Assembly: GCA_963758635.1 (NCBI GenBank) | Contig: CAVWWD010000008.1 | Coordinates: 256,001-320,000, forward strand | Source of the DNA: an uncultured Candidatus Rokubacteria bacterium | Lineage (GTDB): Bacteria > Methylomirabilota > Methylomirabilia > Rokubacteriales > CSP1-6 | Length of the DNA stretch: 64,000 nucleotides | Direction of reading: 5' to 3' | Shown here: positions 34,667 to 45,544 of the stretch, piece after piece | Position numbering within the stretch: the stretch's first letter is position 1 | Layout: each line of letters starts with the position of its first letter | Position numbers and translations under genes: made by a program | The notes under the pieces: model-generated | What the model was told of the DNA's origin: nothing | The model's input: the letters and a program-made list of their open reading frames with translations, nothing else | Database searches by the model: none

Positions 34667-36636
34667 ATGGCGGCGACGGCGTTCGAGATCGAGCGGCGGG
34701 AGACCGTGCTGGGCGGGCGCGCCTTCGGCGCGGGCGGGGCCTACGAGCGGGTGGTGGGCGTGCTCCGCTTCGCCGTGGACCCCGAGCGCGCGTCGCACGC
34801 GCCTGATCACGGACCTCGCCACGGCGCCGCGGAACGCCGCGGGCAAGGTCGAGTTCTGGGCCGACGCGTACGTGCTCCAGCCCGTGGACGCCGCGCGCGG
34901 CAACCGGCGGCTGCTCCTGGACGTGCCGAACCGCGGCCGGAAGATCGCGCTCGGCATGTTCAACGGCACGGCGGGCGTGCCCGAGCCGACCGAGCCGGAG
35001 CACTTCGGCAACGGCTTCCTGATGCGCCACGGCTACACGGTGGCGTGGGTGGGCTGGCAGCACGACGTGCCGCGCCGCGACGGCCTCATGGCCATGGCGC
35101 CGCCGGTGGCGCGCGGCGTCGCGGGCCGCGTGCGGTGCGAGTGGCGGCCGAACCTCCCCGCCGACGTGCTCCCGCTCGCCGACCGCTACCACATCCCGTA
35201 CGCCGCCGCCGACCTCGACGACCCCGACGCGCACCTCACGGTGCGCGCGGACGCCGGCGCCGCGCCCGTGGCGGTGCCCCGCCAGGCGTGGCGGTTCGCG
35301 CGCCGCGAGGGCGATCGCGTGGCGCCCGACGCCTCGCACATCCACATGCCCGGCGGGTTCACGCCGGGGAAGATCTACGACCTGGTGTACCGCGCGCAGG
35401 ACCCGCCGCTGGTCGGGCTGGGGTTCCTCGCCGTGCGCGACACCGCGTCGTTCCTGCGCTGGGGCGCCGCGGCCGCGGGCAACCCCGCGGCGGGTCGCCT
35501 CGACCGCGCGTACGTCTTCGGCGTCTCGCAGAGCGGGCGGTTCCTGCGCCACCTGCTGTACCTGGGCCTCACCGAGGACGAGGAGGGCCGCGAGGCGTTC
35601 GACGCCGTGGTGCCCCACGTGGCGGGCGCGCGGCGCGGCGAGTTCAACATGCGCTTCGGCCAGCCCTCGCTGAACGCGGTGGAGAGCGCGGGGAGCCTCT
35701 TCCCGTTCACCGACGACGACCAGAGCGATCCCGTCTCCGGCGCGCGCGGGGGGCTCCTCCGCCGGCTCGGCGCGCGCGGCCGCGGGCCGAAGATCGTCAC
35801 GATCAACACGTCGGCGGAGTACTGGCGCGGCGATGGGTCGCTCGTGCACACGGACGTGGAGGGCCGCCTGGACGTGACGCCGCCCGCCTCGGTGCGCGCG
35901 TACCTCTTCGCGGGCTGCCAGCACACGCCGGGCGCGGTGCCGCCGATCGACACCGATCCGAACACCGGCGCGCGCGGCCTGCAGACGTTCGGCACCGTGA
36001 CGTACGGGCCACTGCTCCGCGCGGCGCTCGTCAACCTGGACCGCTGGGTGAGCGAGGGCGTCGAGCCGCCGCCGAACGCGGTGCCCCGCATCGCCGACGG
36101 CACCGCGGTGACCGCGGAGTCCACCGCCCCCGTCTTCACCGCCATCCCCGGCGTCCGGTTCCCCGATCGCATCTCGCGGCCGGCGCGCCTGGACTTCGGG
36201 CCGGACCTGGAGGACAAGGGCATCGCGAGCGCGCTGCCCCCGAAGGTGGGCGCGCCGTACCCGAGCCTCGTCGCCGCGGTGGACGCGGACGGCAACGAGG
36301 TCGCGGGGCTCCGCCCGCCCGAGCTGCTCGCCCCCCTCGCGACCCACACGGGCTGGAACCTCCGCCATCCCGACCAGGGCGCGCCCGGCGACCTCATGAG
36401 CATGGTGGGCTCCACGCTGCCGTTCCCGCTCACGCGCGCCGACCGCGAGCGCACGCGCGACCCGCGCGCGTCGCTGGAGGAGCGCTACGGCTCGCGCGCG
36501 GCGTACCTGGCGCGCGTGGGGGAGGCGGTGGCGCCCGCGGTGGCCGCCCGGCATCTGCTCGCCGAGGACGTGGAGGCCATCGTGGAGCGGGCCGGTGCAG
36601 CTCTGGGACGTGCTGCACCGGGGCCTCAGAGGCTAG
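34667..36636 (+). CDS. Alpha/beta hydrolase domain protein (indels near 34805 and 36597)
   Basis: LDVPNRG, VGWQHD, FGVSQSGRFLR nucleophile elbow, SAEYW, DADGNE. Confidence 0.8.
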
Positions 36637-36641
36637 CCCGC

Positions 36642-37745
36642 ATGCCCAGGCGCCCGCTCACCGTCGGTGTCGTCGGGCTCGGCTACGGCCGCGCCCACAT
36701 CCCCGGATTCCAGGCCAACGGCTGCGAGGTGGTCGCGGTCTGCCAGCGCGCGGAAGCGACCGCCCGCTCGGTGGCCGAGCGCTACGGCGTGGCCGGCGTC
36801 TTCACGCGCTGGGAGGAGATGCTCGAGAAGGCGCGGCCCGACATCGTCGTGATCGCCACGCCGCCGTCCTCGCACCTGCCCATCGCCACGGCGGCGTTCG
36901 CCCGGGGCGCGCACGTGCTGTGCGAGAAGCCGCTCGCGATGTCGCGCGGCCGAAGGGCGCGACATGGTGCGCGAGGCGAACCACAGCGGACGGATCGGGA
37001 TGACCGGGTTTAACTGGCGGTTCCCCGCCGCGATGCAGCGCTTCCACGCCATGGCCGAAGCCGGGCATCTCGGACGGCTCTTCCACGTGGGCGCGCGCTG
37101 GCTCGGCGCGCGCTGGGCCGACGAGACCGCGCCGGTCACGTGGCGGATGGACCGGGCGTCGGCCGGTCACGGGGCGATGGGTGACATGGGCGTGCACGTG
37201 ATCGACATGGTCCGCTGGAGCTTCGGCGAGTTCGTCCGCGTGGCGGCCAGCGGCGGCCGGGCGCACGACTGGCAGGGCGTGCCCGGGGGCAAGCCCGCCG
37301 ACACGGAGGACTTCTGCTCGGTGCTCGGCGTGCTCGCCTCGGGCGCGCAGGTCACGGTCCAGGTGAGCCGGGCCGCGCGCGGGCGAGGGGAGCACTCGAT
37401 CGAGGCCTACGGCAGCGCGGGCGCCCTCGAGTACCGCCTGGACCGGTCGGCGCCCGCGCTGGTACCGCGGCGAGCTGCGCGCGGCGGGGACGAGCGGAGG
37501 CCTCGCGCCCGTCGCGACGCCCGCGGGACTGCCGCGCGCGGCTGGCGAGGGCGACCCCAGCGACGTCATCGGGCAAGACCACGATCGCGCCGCTGGTGAA
37601 GCGCTTCCTCGCCGCGATCAGGAAGGGCGAGCCCGCGTCGCCCTCGCTGGAGGACGGGCTCCGCGCCCAGGCCGTGCTCGATGCCGTCCTCGAGGCGGAG
37701 ATGCGCGGGGGCTGGGTCGAGGTGAAGGACCCGTTGCCGGCGTGA
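36642..37745 (+). CDS. Gfo/Idh/MocA family oxidoreductase (two indels)
   Basis: VGVVGLGYG, HVLCEKP, GAMGDMGVHVID, SLEDGLRAQAVLDA across frames. Confidence 0.85.
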
Positions 37746-37803
37746 CTCGCGGACGCCGCGGGCCGTCCCGCCGCGCGGCGCCGACACCCCGCTCGCCAAG
37801 GAG

Positions 37804-37832
37804 TTGACATGGCCGCACGTTGCGCATACTAA
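37804..37832 (+). promoter_or_regulatory. Putative sigma70 promoter of the ABC cluster
   Basis: TTGACA followed by CATACT/TACTAA at 15-17 nt spacing. Confidence 0.45.
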
Positions 37833-37946
37833 GGGAGCGATTGTCCGGGCCGGCGCCGACGCCGGCGTCCACGCACAAGGAGGTGAGACGAGCGCGCGAG
37901 TTCCCCTACTTGGCCCCGAGACCTCCCGACAACACGGAGGCCCTCC

Positions 37947-39260
37947 ATGGATCGGACCGCTCCCCGTAGCATCGCTCGTCGCCGCTTCCTCCGCACCGCC
38001 GGTGGCACCACGGCCGGGATGGTCTCCTGGCTCGCCCTCGGCAAGCCCCCCGCGTTCGCGCAGAAGCGGGAGCTGACGTTCCTGTCCTGGAACCACTTCG
38101 TCCCCGCCGCGGACGACGAGCTCCGCAAGCAGGCCGAGGCCTTCAGCAAGGCCAACAACTGCACGGTGCGCGTGGACACGATGGCGCACCTGCAGATGCC
38201 GGCGAAGATCGCCGCCGAGGCCCAGTCGCAGTCCGGCCACGACATGTACCGGACGGCCAGCGCCGACCCGTTCCTCTACGAGAACCTGCTCGTGTCGATG
38301 GACGACCTCGTGGCGAAGCTTGGCACGCAGGGAGGTGGCTGGTACCCCTTCGCCGCCGAGAGCTGCCAGACGAAGTCGGGCTGGAAGGCGATCCCGTGGT
38401 TCTGGGTCTCCTTCCCGGGCACCTACAACATGGCCCACTTCAAGAAGGCGGGCTTCGAGCATCCTCCGAAGACGTGGGACGAGCTCCTGAAGATGGGCAA
38501 GGTGCTCAAGAAGCAGGGCAACCCGATCGGGATCCCGATCAGCCACTGCTCGGACGCACACTCCACCTACTGGTCCGTCGCGTGGTCGCAGGGCGCCAAG
38601 GTGCTCGAGGCGGACGGCAAGACGCCGGCCATCGTCTCCGACAAGACCGCGCAGGTCATCGAGTGGTACAAAGAGCTCTACAAGGACGCGATGGAGCCGG
38701 AGGTCCTCTCCTGGGACGACGCGGGCAACAACCGCTTCCTCCTGTCCGGCAAGGGCGCCTGGATCCACAACCCGGTCAGCCCCTACAACGCAGCCCTCGC
38801 CAACAAGCAGCCCATCGCCGACGACATCAACCATCACAACAGTCCCGGCGGGCCGGCGGGCACCCACTCCGCCCCCCCGCAGCTCAGTCTGGGCATCTGG
38901 AAGTTCTCGAAGAACCAGGAGCTCGCGAAGGACTTCATCGCGTACCTGTTCCAGAAGCAGAACTACGACGCCTGGATCGTGGCGTCCAACGCCTTCAACC
39001 ATCCGCCGCTCAAGAACATGGCGGACCATCCCATCTGGGCGCGGAACCCGAAGTTCGCCATGCTCCCGAAGGAGGCGGAGTACGCGCATCCGCGCGGCTG
39101 GCCCGCCAAGCCGAACGAGGCGGTGCAGCGCATCGACGACAACTACATCATGACCGACATGGTCGCGAAGGCCGTCAACGGTATGCCGGCCAAGCGCGCG
39201 ATGGACTGGGCGCAGGAGCAGATCGCGCTCGCGGTGAAAGGCCAGCTGAAGGTCGGGTAG
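37947..39260 (+). CDS. Sugar ABC transporter substrate-binding protein (Tat signal)
   Basis: RRRFL Tat motif, WNHFVP, PKTWDEL, WDDAGNN. Confidence 0.9.
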   Translation: MDRTAPRSIARRRFLRTAGGTTAGMVSWLALGKPPAFAQKRELTFLSWNHFVPAADDELRKQAEAFSKANNCTVRVDTMAHLQMPAKIAAEAQSQSGHDMYRTASADPFLYENLLVSMDDLVAKLGTQGGGWYPFAAESCQTKSGWKAIPWFWVSFPGTYNMAHFKKAGFEHPPKTWDELLKMGKVLKKQGNPIGIPISHCSDAHSTYWSVAWSQGAKVLEADGKTPAIVSDKTAQVIEWYKELYKDAMEPEVLSWDDAGNNRFLLSGKGAWIHNPVSPYNAALANKQPIADDINHHNSPGGPAGTHSAPPQLSLGIWKFSKNQELAKDFIAYLFQKQNYDAWIVASNAFNHPPLKNMADHPIWARNPKFAMLPKEAEYAHPRGWPAKPNEAVQRIDDNYIMTDMVAKAVNGMPAKRAMDWAQEQIALAVKGQLKVG

Positions 39261-39264
39261 CCCC

Positions 39265-40203
39265 ATGGCGGTCGAGCCTCGCGTTCTGGAGGCGGCCGGG
39301 CTCTCGAGCCCCGGCCGCCTCTCGCGGCTCCGCGAGTGGTGGGAGCAGGAGCACGTCTTCGGCTACGGCCTCATCGTGCCCGCCGTCGTCCTGCTCGCCA
39401 CCCTCGTCGCCTTCCCGTTCGGGATGGCGATCTACTTCAGCCTGTCCGACTACTGGGTCGGCTCCCCCGGCAGCTTCGTGGGGCTCGCGAACTACCGGGA
39501 CATCCTCGCCAACGAGACCTTCCGGCAGACCGTCCAGAACTCCTTCGTCTTCACGGGCATCGCGCTGACCTGCAAGATCGTGCTGGGGGTCTGGCTCGCG
39601 ATGCTGCTCGCCCGCAACATGCCGCTCAAGCGCGTGATCCGCGGGATCGTGCTCCTGCCGTTCGTCATTCCCACCGCGCTGTCGACGCTCGCGTGGCTCT
39701 GGATGTTCGACTCGCTCTACAGCGTCGTCAACTGGACGGCGATCCGGCTGCACCTGATCAGCGCGCCGGGCCCCAACTGGCTCGGGCAGTCCACCTACGC
39801 GATGGCCGCCGTCATCATCGTGAATGTCTGGCGGGGGCTCCCGTTCTTCGCGATCACCGTCCTCGCCGGCCTCATGGCCGTGCCCCGCGAGTACCTCGAG
39901 GCCGCCGAGGTGGACGGCGCGGGCTCCTGGGGACGCTTCTGGCACGTGACGCTGCCGCTGCTCAAGCCGGTCCTCGCCGTCGTGATCCTCTTCTCGACGA
40001 TCTTCACCTTCGGCGACTTCAACATCGTCCAGGTGCTGACGCGGGGCGGACCGATCAACACCACCCATCTCTTCGCCACGCTGGCCTATCAGGTCGGGCT
40101 CCAGGGCGGGAACCTGGGCCAGGGCGCGGCCATCTCGCTGTTCATCTTCCCGCTCCTCGCCCTCGTCGTCTTCTTCCAGCTGCGATCCCTGCGGAGGGAA
40201 TGA
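39265..40203 (+). CDS. Carbohydrate ABC permease
   Basis: FVGLANY, EAAEVDGA EAA loop, multiple TM segments. Confidence 0.93.
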   Translation: MAVEPRVLEAAGLSSPGRLSRLREWWEQEHVFGYGLIVPAVVLLATLVAFPFGMAIYFSLSDYWVGSPGSFVGLANYRDILANETFRQTVQNSFVFTGIALTCKIVLGVWLAMLLARNMPLKRVIRGIVLLPFVIPTALSTLAWLWMFDSLYSVVNWTAIRLHLISAPGPNWLGQSTYAMAAVIIVNVWRGLPFFAITVLAGLMAVPREYLEAAEVDGAGSWGRFWHVTLPLLKPVLAVVILFSTIFTFGDFNIVQVLTRGGPINTTHLFATLAYQVGLQGGNLGQGAAISLFIFPLLALVVFFQLRSLRRE

Positions 40204-41063
40204 GTGTGACCATCGCGCGAAGCCGCAACGCACGGATCCGGTCCATGATCTTCGGGTACGCGAATCTCGCGCCGTACGTCTTCTTCGTCCTGTTCCCGTT
40301 CTATTTCATGGTGGTGACCTCGTTCAAGTCGAACGCCGAGCTCTACAACCTCAAATCGATCCCGTTCTGGATCCAGACCGGGGCGATCTTCGATCACTAC
40401 GCGCTCCTGTTCCAGAAGACGGACTTCGTCACGTGGATGAAGAACAGCCTGCTCGTCGCGGTGGTGGCGACCACGGCCTCGGTCATCATCTCGATCCTGG
40501 CCGGGTACAGCCTGGCGCGCCTGCGCTTCCGCGGCGCCGGCTCGTTCGGCACCGCGGTCTTCGTCACCTACCTCGTGCCGCCGACCCTGCTCTTCCTCCC
40601 GCTCTCCCAGGTGGTGGTGTGGCTCGGGCTGGCCGACTCGGTTCTCGCCCTGATGGTGACCTACCCGACGTTCCTCGTGCCGTTCTGCACGTGGCTCCTC
40701 ATGGGGTACTTCCGCACGATCCCGCGGGAGGTCGAGGAGTGCGCGCTGGTCGACGGCGCCACGCGCATGCAGACGCTGTGGAGGGTGGTGCTGCCGATGG
40801 CGGTGCCCGGGATCATCTGCGCGGTCCTGTTCAGCTTCACGCTCTGCTGGAACGAGTTCACCTACGCGCTCACGTTCATCTCCCAGTCGGCGAACAAGAC
40901 CGCGGTGGTGGGCGTCACCTCGGACCTGATCCGGGGAGACATCTACTTCTGGGGCTCGCTGATGGCGGGGGCGTTGCTGGCGAGCATCCCGATCGTGATC
41001 GTCTACGTGCTCTTCCTCGACTACTACGTCTCCGGCCTCACCGCCGGGGCCGTGAAGGGCTAG
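40200..41063 (+). CDS. Carbohydrate ABC permease
   Basis: ATG at 40200; NSL, EECALVDGA, WNEF, GLTAGAVKG. Confidence 0.93.
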   Translation: MSVTIARSRNARIRSMIFGYANLAPYVFFVLFPFYFMVVTSFKSNAELYNLKSIPFWIQTGAIFDHYALLFQKTDFVTWMKNSLLVAVVATTASVIISILAGYSLARLRFRGAGSFGTAVFVTYLVPPTLLFLPLSQVVVWLGLADSVLALMVTYPTFLVPFCTWLLMGYFRTIPREVEECALVDGATRMQTLWRVVLPMAVPGIICAVLFSFTLCWNEFTYALTFISQSANKTAVVGVTSDLIRGDIYFWGSLMAGALLASIPIVIVYVLFLDYYVSGLTAGAVKG

Positions 41064-41076
41064 CGGCGGGCTTCGC

Positions 41077-41919
41077 TCACTCCGTGGGAAGGCCGAGCGC
41101 GGCTCGGAGCTGCGCCCGCATGGCACGTCCCTCGGACCACTGCCGGCCTCCGGTGAGGCCGCCGTCCACGACCAGGGCGTGGCCGTTGACGAAGCTCGCG
41201 TCGTCGCTGGCCAGCCACAGGGCGGCGTGCGCGATGTCGTCGGGCAGCCCCGAGCGCCGGAGGGGCTGAAAGCCGGCGAGCGCGCCCTTCATCACGTTCA
41301 CCGCCTGGTCGGCCGCCTCCGCGTCCATGCCGAGGGACTTCCCGAAGATCGGCGTGGCGATCCCGCCCGGGCAGATGCAGTTCACGCGGATCCCGCTCTC
41401 CCCCAGCTCCATGGCCACCGACTTCGTGAGCTGGATCACCGCCGCCTTGGCCGCGGAGTACACGTGGGGCCCGTACCCGGCGAGGAGGCCGGCCACGCTC
41501 GCGGTGCTGATGATGCTGCCCGCGGCGCGGGGCTTCATCACGGCGGCGGCGTGCTTCATGCCGAGGAAGACACCGCGGAGCAGCACGCCGATGCTCGCAT
41601 CGAAGCCCTCGGTCGGGATCATCTCGATGCTCCCGCCCACGCCCGCGTACCCCGCGTTGTTGAACATGCAGTCGAGCCGGCCGAACCGGTCGACGGCGCG
41701 GGCCACCGCGGCGCGCACGTCCGCCTCGCGGCTCACGTCGGCGTGGACGTACTCGGCCGCGTCGCCCAGCTCCTCGACGAGCCGCCGGCCCCGCTCGTCC
41801 TGCACGTCCGCCACGAGGACGCGGGCGCCTTCCGCGACGAACAGGCGAACGGTGGCGGCGCCGATGCCACTGGCCCCGCCCGTGATCAGCGCGGTCTTAC
41901 CGTCGAGTTTGCCCGACAT
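41077..41919 (-). CDS. SDR family oxidoreductase
   Basis: TGGASGIG, FNNAG, YSAAK. Confidence 0.92.
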   Translation of the reverse strand: MSGKLDGKTALITGGASGIGAATVRLFVAEGARVLVADVQDERGRRLVEELGDAAEYVHADVSREADVRAAVARAVDRFGRLDCMFNNAGYAGVGGSIEMIPTEGFDASIGVLLRGVFLGMKHAAAVMKPRAAGSIISTASVAGLLAGYGPHVYSAAKAAVIQLTKSVAMELGESGIRVNCICPGGIATPIFGKSLGMDAEAADQAVNVMKGALAGFQPLRRSGLPDDIAHAALWLASDDASFVNGHALVVDGGLTGGRQWSEGRAMRAQLRAALGLPTE

Positions 41920-41951
41920 TTTTCCAGGTATCCCCGTTCAGGTGTTCGTCA

Positions 41952-42072
41952 CGCCGGTGACACCGCGCGTGTGCGGGCGGGCGCGGTGTGTTCTGGTTTC
42001 AGGATCTTCAGTCGGACTTGCGCCCGCGTGGGTGGCGTCGCGAGTGCACGCACACGCGCGGTGTCACCGGCG
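41952..42072. repeat. Perfect 24-bp inverted repeat enclosing a 73-nt spacer
   Basis: CGCCGGTGACACCGCGCGTGTGCG (41952-41975) and its reverse complement (42049-42072). Confidence 0.85.
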
Positions 42073-42107
42073 GGGCCGAAGTTGGACGCCGATGCGTCGA
42101 AAAACGA

Positions 42108-42857
42108 TCAATGAAAATGCACCCCGCCGTCGATGTTCAGCACCTGTCCCGTGACGCTGTCGCCCTGGCAGAACGTCACGACCTGGCGCGCGATGTCGTC
42201 ACCGCTGGCCGCCCGCCGCAGCACCGCGCTCCGGCGCGCCACGTCCACCACCTCGGGTGGGATGCGCGCGGCCATGCGCGTGCCCTCGACGAGGCCGGGC
42301 GCCACGCAGTTGACCGTGATGTCGGGCGCCAGCGCCACCGCGAGGCAGCGGGTGAGGTGGATGAGCGCGGCCTTGCTCGACGCGTACGCGATGCTGCTGC
42401 CCGTGGGCCGGAGCCCGGCCACCGAGGCGATGTTCACGATGCGCCCGGCGCCCTGACGCCGCATGTGGCGCGCCGCCGCCCGCGAGAGCTGGAAGGGCCC
42501 GCGCACGTTGGTGTCGTAGACGCGGTCCCAGATCTCGGTGGTGAGGGCGTCGAGCTGCGGGAACGGGATGCCGATGTTCCACGCCGCGTTGTTGACGAGG
42601 ATGTCGAGCCGGCCCATCGCCCCCGCCGCCTCGTCGACGACGCGGTCGTTGGCCGCGGGGTCCGTCTGGTCGAGCTGGAACTCGCGGGCGCGGCGCCCGA
42701 GGGCCTGCACGGCCCCGCACGTCGCCGCGGCGCCGTCGCGGTTGCCGGTGTAGGCCACGGCGATGTCGGCCCCCGCGGCGGCGAGGGCCTTCGAGATGGC
42801 GGTGCCGAGGTCGCCGGAGCCGCCGGTGACCAGCGCGACGGTGCCCGTGAGGTCCAT
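42108..42857 (-). CDS. SDR family oxidoreductase
   Basis: TGGSGDLG, NNAA, YASSK. Confidence 0.92.
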   Translation of the reverse strand: MDLTGTVALVTGGSGDLGTAISKALAAAGADIAVAYTGNRDGAAATCGAVQALGRRAREFQLDQTDPAANDRVVDEAAGAMGRLDILVNNAAWNIGIPFPQLDALTTEIWDRVYDTNVRGPFQLSRAAARHMRRQGAGRIVNIASVAGLRPTGSSIAYASSKAALIHLTRCLAVALAPDITVNCVAPGLVEGTRMAARIPPEVVDVARRSAVLRRAASGDDIARQVVTFCQGDSVTGQVLNIDGGVHFH

Positions 42858-42867
42858 GGCTGCGGAC

Positions 42868-43650
42868 TCAGGCCGTCGGGCCGCCCGTCGCGGCGGCCAC
42901 GCGGATGTCCTCGCGGGTGTCCCGCTGGATGGTGGGCACCATGACGATCTCCTCCACGACCGTGCGCGGCGGCAGGGTGACGCAGAGCATGATGGCGCGC
43001 GCCACGTCCTCGGGCTGCATCATCGTGGAGCGCGCGGTGTGGTCGGGAGGCAGGGGGCGCTTGTCGAGGATCGGCGTGTCCACCTCGGCGGGCAGGATCG
43101 TCGTGACGCGAATGCCCTTGTCGCGCACCTCGCTGTGGATGTGGCCCATCAGGTTCCGCACGGCGGCCTTGGCCGCGCTGTAGGGCAGGCCGCCCATCAG
43201 CCCGGGCCGGATCCCCGCCACCGAGGACACCGTCACGATCGTGCCCGCCCCGCGCGCGAGCATGCTCGGCAGCACGGCCTGGGTGAGGAGGAAGACGCCG
43301 GTGAGGTTGGCGCCGAGGACGCTATCCCAGTCGGCCTTCCGCACCCAGCGGATGGAGCGGATCGTGCTCGAGTGCCCGGCGTTGTTGACGAGGACGTCGA
43401 CGCGCCCGAACTCCCGCGCCGCCCACTCGCCGAGCTCGACGGGCTCGGTGGGGCTTTCCATGTCCGCCTGGCGCGGCGTCGCCGCGCCGCCCGCGGCCTG
43501 GATCTCCGCGACCACCGCCTCGAGCGGCGCCTTGCGGCGGCCGGTCACGATCACGTGCGCGCCCTCCGCGGCGAGCATCCGCGCCGTCTCGCGACCGATG
43601 CCCGTTCCCCCTCCCGTGACGATCGCCACCTGTCCGTCGAGCACGCCCAT
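42868..43650 (-). CDS. SDR family oxidoreductase
   Basis: TGGGTGIG, NNAG, YSAAK. Confidence 0.92.
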   Translation of the reverse strand: MGVLDGQVAIVTGGGTGIGRETARMLAAEGAHVIVTGRRKAPLEAVVAEIQAAGGAATPRQADMESPTEPVELGEWAAREFGRVDVLVNNAGHSSTIRSIRWVRKADWDSVLGANLTGVFLLTQAVLPSMLARGAGTIVTVSSVAGIRPGLMGGLPYSAAKAAVRNLMGHIHSEVRDKGIRVTTILPAEVDTPILDKRPLPPDHTARSTMMQPEDVARAIMLCVTLPPRTVVEEIVMVPTIQRDTREDIRVAAATGGPTA

Positions 43651-43661
43651 GGTCGCTCCCT

Positions 43662-43744
43662 TCGAGTGATCCTCGCAGAATACGGTAACCGCCACGGGCC
43701 TCTACAATCCCACCGCTCGGGATTAGTCTGATGCGCGGGGCTCA
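43662..43744 (+). repeat. Dispersed ~83-bp repeat family B, copy 1
   Basis: Near-identical to 56265-56348 (about 3 differences). Confidence 0.9.
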
Positions 43745-43809
43745 TTCGATGATCGGCGCCCGGCGCGCGCCGGACGCGGGCTGACCCTAAGCCAGCCGCC
43801 GCTCGCGCG

Positions 43810-45381
43810 TCAAGCGCCGAGCGCGCTCTCGATGCGCCGGGCGAGACGGAGCGCGAGGGCCACGATGGTCAGCGTCGGGTTCGCGCTGCCCGAGGTCGGG
43901 AAGACCGAGCTCCCCGCCACGTAGAGGTTCTCCGTCCCGTGGACGCGGCAGTCGGCGTCGACCACGCCGTGGCGCGGGTCGCGGCTCATGCGGGTCGTGC
44001 CCATGTGGTGCCGGGCCCCCCGCAGCCCGCGAGGCCACGGACCATCCGCCCGCCCCATCGCGCTCCGGAGCCGGCCGATCCCGGCCCGCGCCAGCTCCTC
44101 CCGGAGGATCACGTGCGCGCGGTGCGCGGTGCGCCGGTCGATCGCGCTGAGCCGCCAGTCGAGGACGACCCGGGGGCAGCCGAGGCGGTCCCGCGCCTCG
44201 GAGAGGACCACACGGCTGTCCGGGTTGGGCGCCTGCTCCATGACGTTCTTCACCACGTAGAGCCGTCGTCGTCTCGGCCTTCGATCGCCGCGGACGCGGG
44301 TCAGGCCGGCGCCGGCGAGCGAGGAGATCACGTTCCGGAGATGAGCGAGGCCGCCCGCCGGCGGCGGCTCGCGCCGGGCCAGCGCCCCCAGGAGCTCGCG
44401 GCCCCACCGCCCGGACGCCCGGGCCGTCTCCTCGTCGAAGATGGCGCAGAAGTTCGTGAGCCGCTCGTGCTGCTGCACCGCGGCCGTCAGTCCGACGAGG
44501 CCGCGCACCCTGTACCCCCCGAGGAGCCGGCTGTCCGTGTAGAAGGCGTCGATGCCGCCTTTCGGAGCCAGGATCGAGGCGGCGCGGTCCAGGTAGAGAT
44601 GCTCCATGAAGTAGCGTCCGACCTGGTCGTGCGCGTTGCCCAGGCCCGCGGGGGCGGCGGACCTGGACATCAACAGGAGTCGCGCGTTCTCGATGCCGCC
44701 GGCGGCGAGGACGAACAGCCTGGCCTCGACGTGGAAGCCGCCGCTCGACAGGCGCGCGACCCGTGCCCGATGGATTCGCGCGGACGGAGCCGGCGCCTCC
44801 AGCTCCACGACGCTGGCGTTCAGGTAGGCGGTGACGTTGTCCGCGCCCCGGATGTCGTCGCCGTACGCCTCCGCGAAGCGGGTCGGCGGGCTCTGGTGCA
44901 GGGTCAGGGAGCGCAGGCGCTCCCCCGGGAACGCGATCGGCCGGATGCCGTGCCGCAGCCAGTCCTCGATGGCGTACGCGAACGGCCCGAGCTGGCACAG
45001 CTCCTGCGCTCTGCCGTAGAAGGGGAGGAGATCGGCCGGCCCGATGGGCCACCCGCTGTGGGGGACCCAGGCGCGATGGTCGAAGTCCATCGGATCGAGC
45101 GGCCGACACTCGCCGGCCCACTCGTTCGTGGTGCCTCCGAAGTACCGCGCGCGCGTCCGGATGGCGTCGAGCGGGAAGTACGGGACCCCGCGCGTCTCGC
45201 CGGCGTAGAGGGACTGGGTCGCCTCGTCGGCGGTCAGTCCGCCGCTCTCGAGCAGCGCCACGCGGAACGATCGGTGGGAGAGCTCGCGCGCGATCGTGAT
45301 GCCGGCGGCTCCGCCGCCCACGATGCAGACGTCCGCCGCGATCACGGAGCCATCGGGAACGCCGTGGGCATCCACGAGCAT
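43810..45381 (-). CDS. GMC family FAD oxidoreductase
   Basis: IVGGGAAG, LAAGGIENARLL, GRYFMEH, HHMGTTRM, ANPTLTI. Confidence 0.92.
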   Translation of the reverse strand: MLVDAHGVPDGSVIAADVCIVGGGAAGITIARELSHRSFRVALLESGGLTADEATQSLYAGETRGVPYFPLDAIRTRARYFGGTTNEWAGECRPLDPMDFDHRAWVPHSGWPIGPADLLPFYGRAQELCQLGPFAYAIEDWLRHGIRPIAFPGERLRSLTLHQSPPTRFAEAYGDDIRGADNVTAYLNASVVELEAPAPSARIHRARVARLSSGGFHVEARLFVLAAGGIENARLLLMSRSAAPAGLGNAHDQVGRYFMEHLYLDRAASILAPKGGIDAFYTDSRLLGGYRVRGLVGLTAAVQQHERLTNFCAIFDEETARASGRWGRELLGALARREPPPAGGLAHLRNVISSLAGAGLTRVRGDRRPRRRRLYVVKNVMEQAPNPDSRVVLSEARDRLGCPRVVLDWRLSAIDRRTAHRAHVILREELARAGIGRLRSAMGRADGPWPRGLRGARHHMGTTRMSRDPRHGVVDADCRVHGTENLYVAGSSVFPTSGSANPTLTIVALALRLARRIESALGA

Positions 45382-45544
45382 GGTCGAGTCGAGAGTGTGC
45401 ACGAGGAGGTGGGCCGGACAAAGCTCCGCGCCGCGCCGGCCGGCTGCGGTCATTCGCCTTGCTTGACGCCGCGTGGCGCGTGAGCGGAAGATGGCCGAGA
45501 GCCGCGGCGCCCCGCGCCCGGCGATCTCTCGAGGGAGGCCACCC

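Noticed and set aside
34872..37013. Apparent hydrolase-Gfo/Idh/MocA fusion
   Set aside because: An alternative frame gives a natural end (QLWDVLHRGLRG-TAG at 36636) just before ATG 36642; indel artefact
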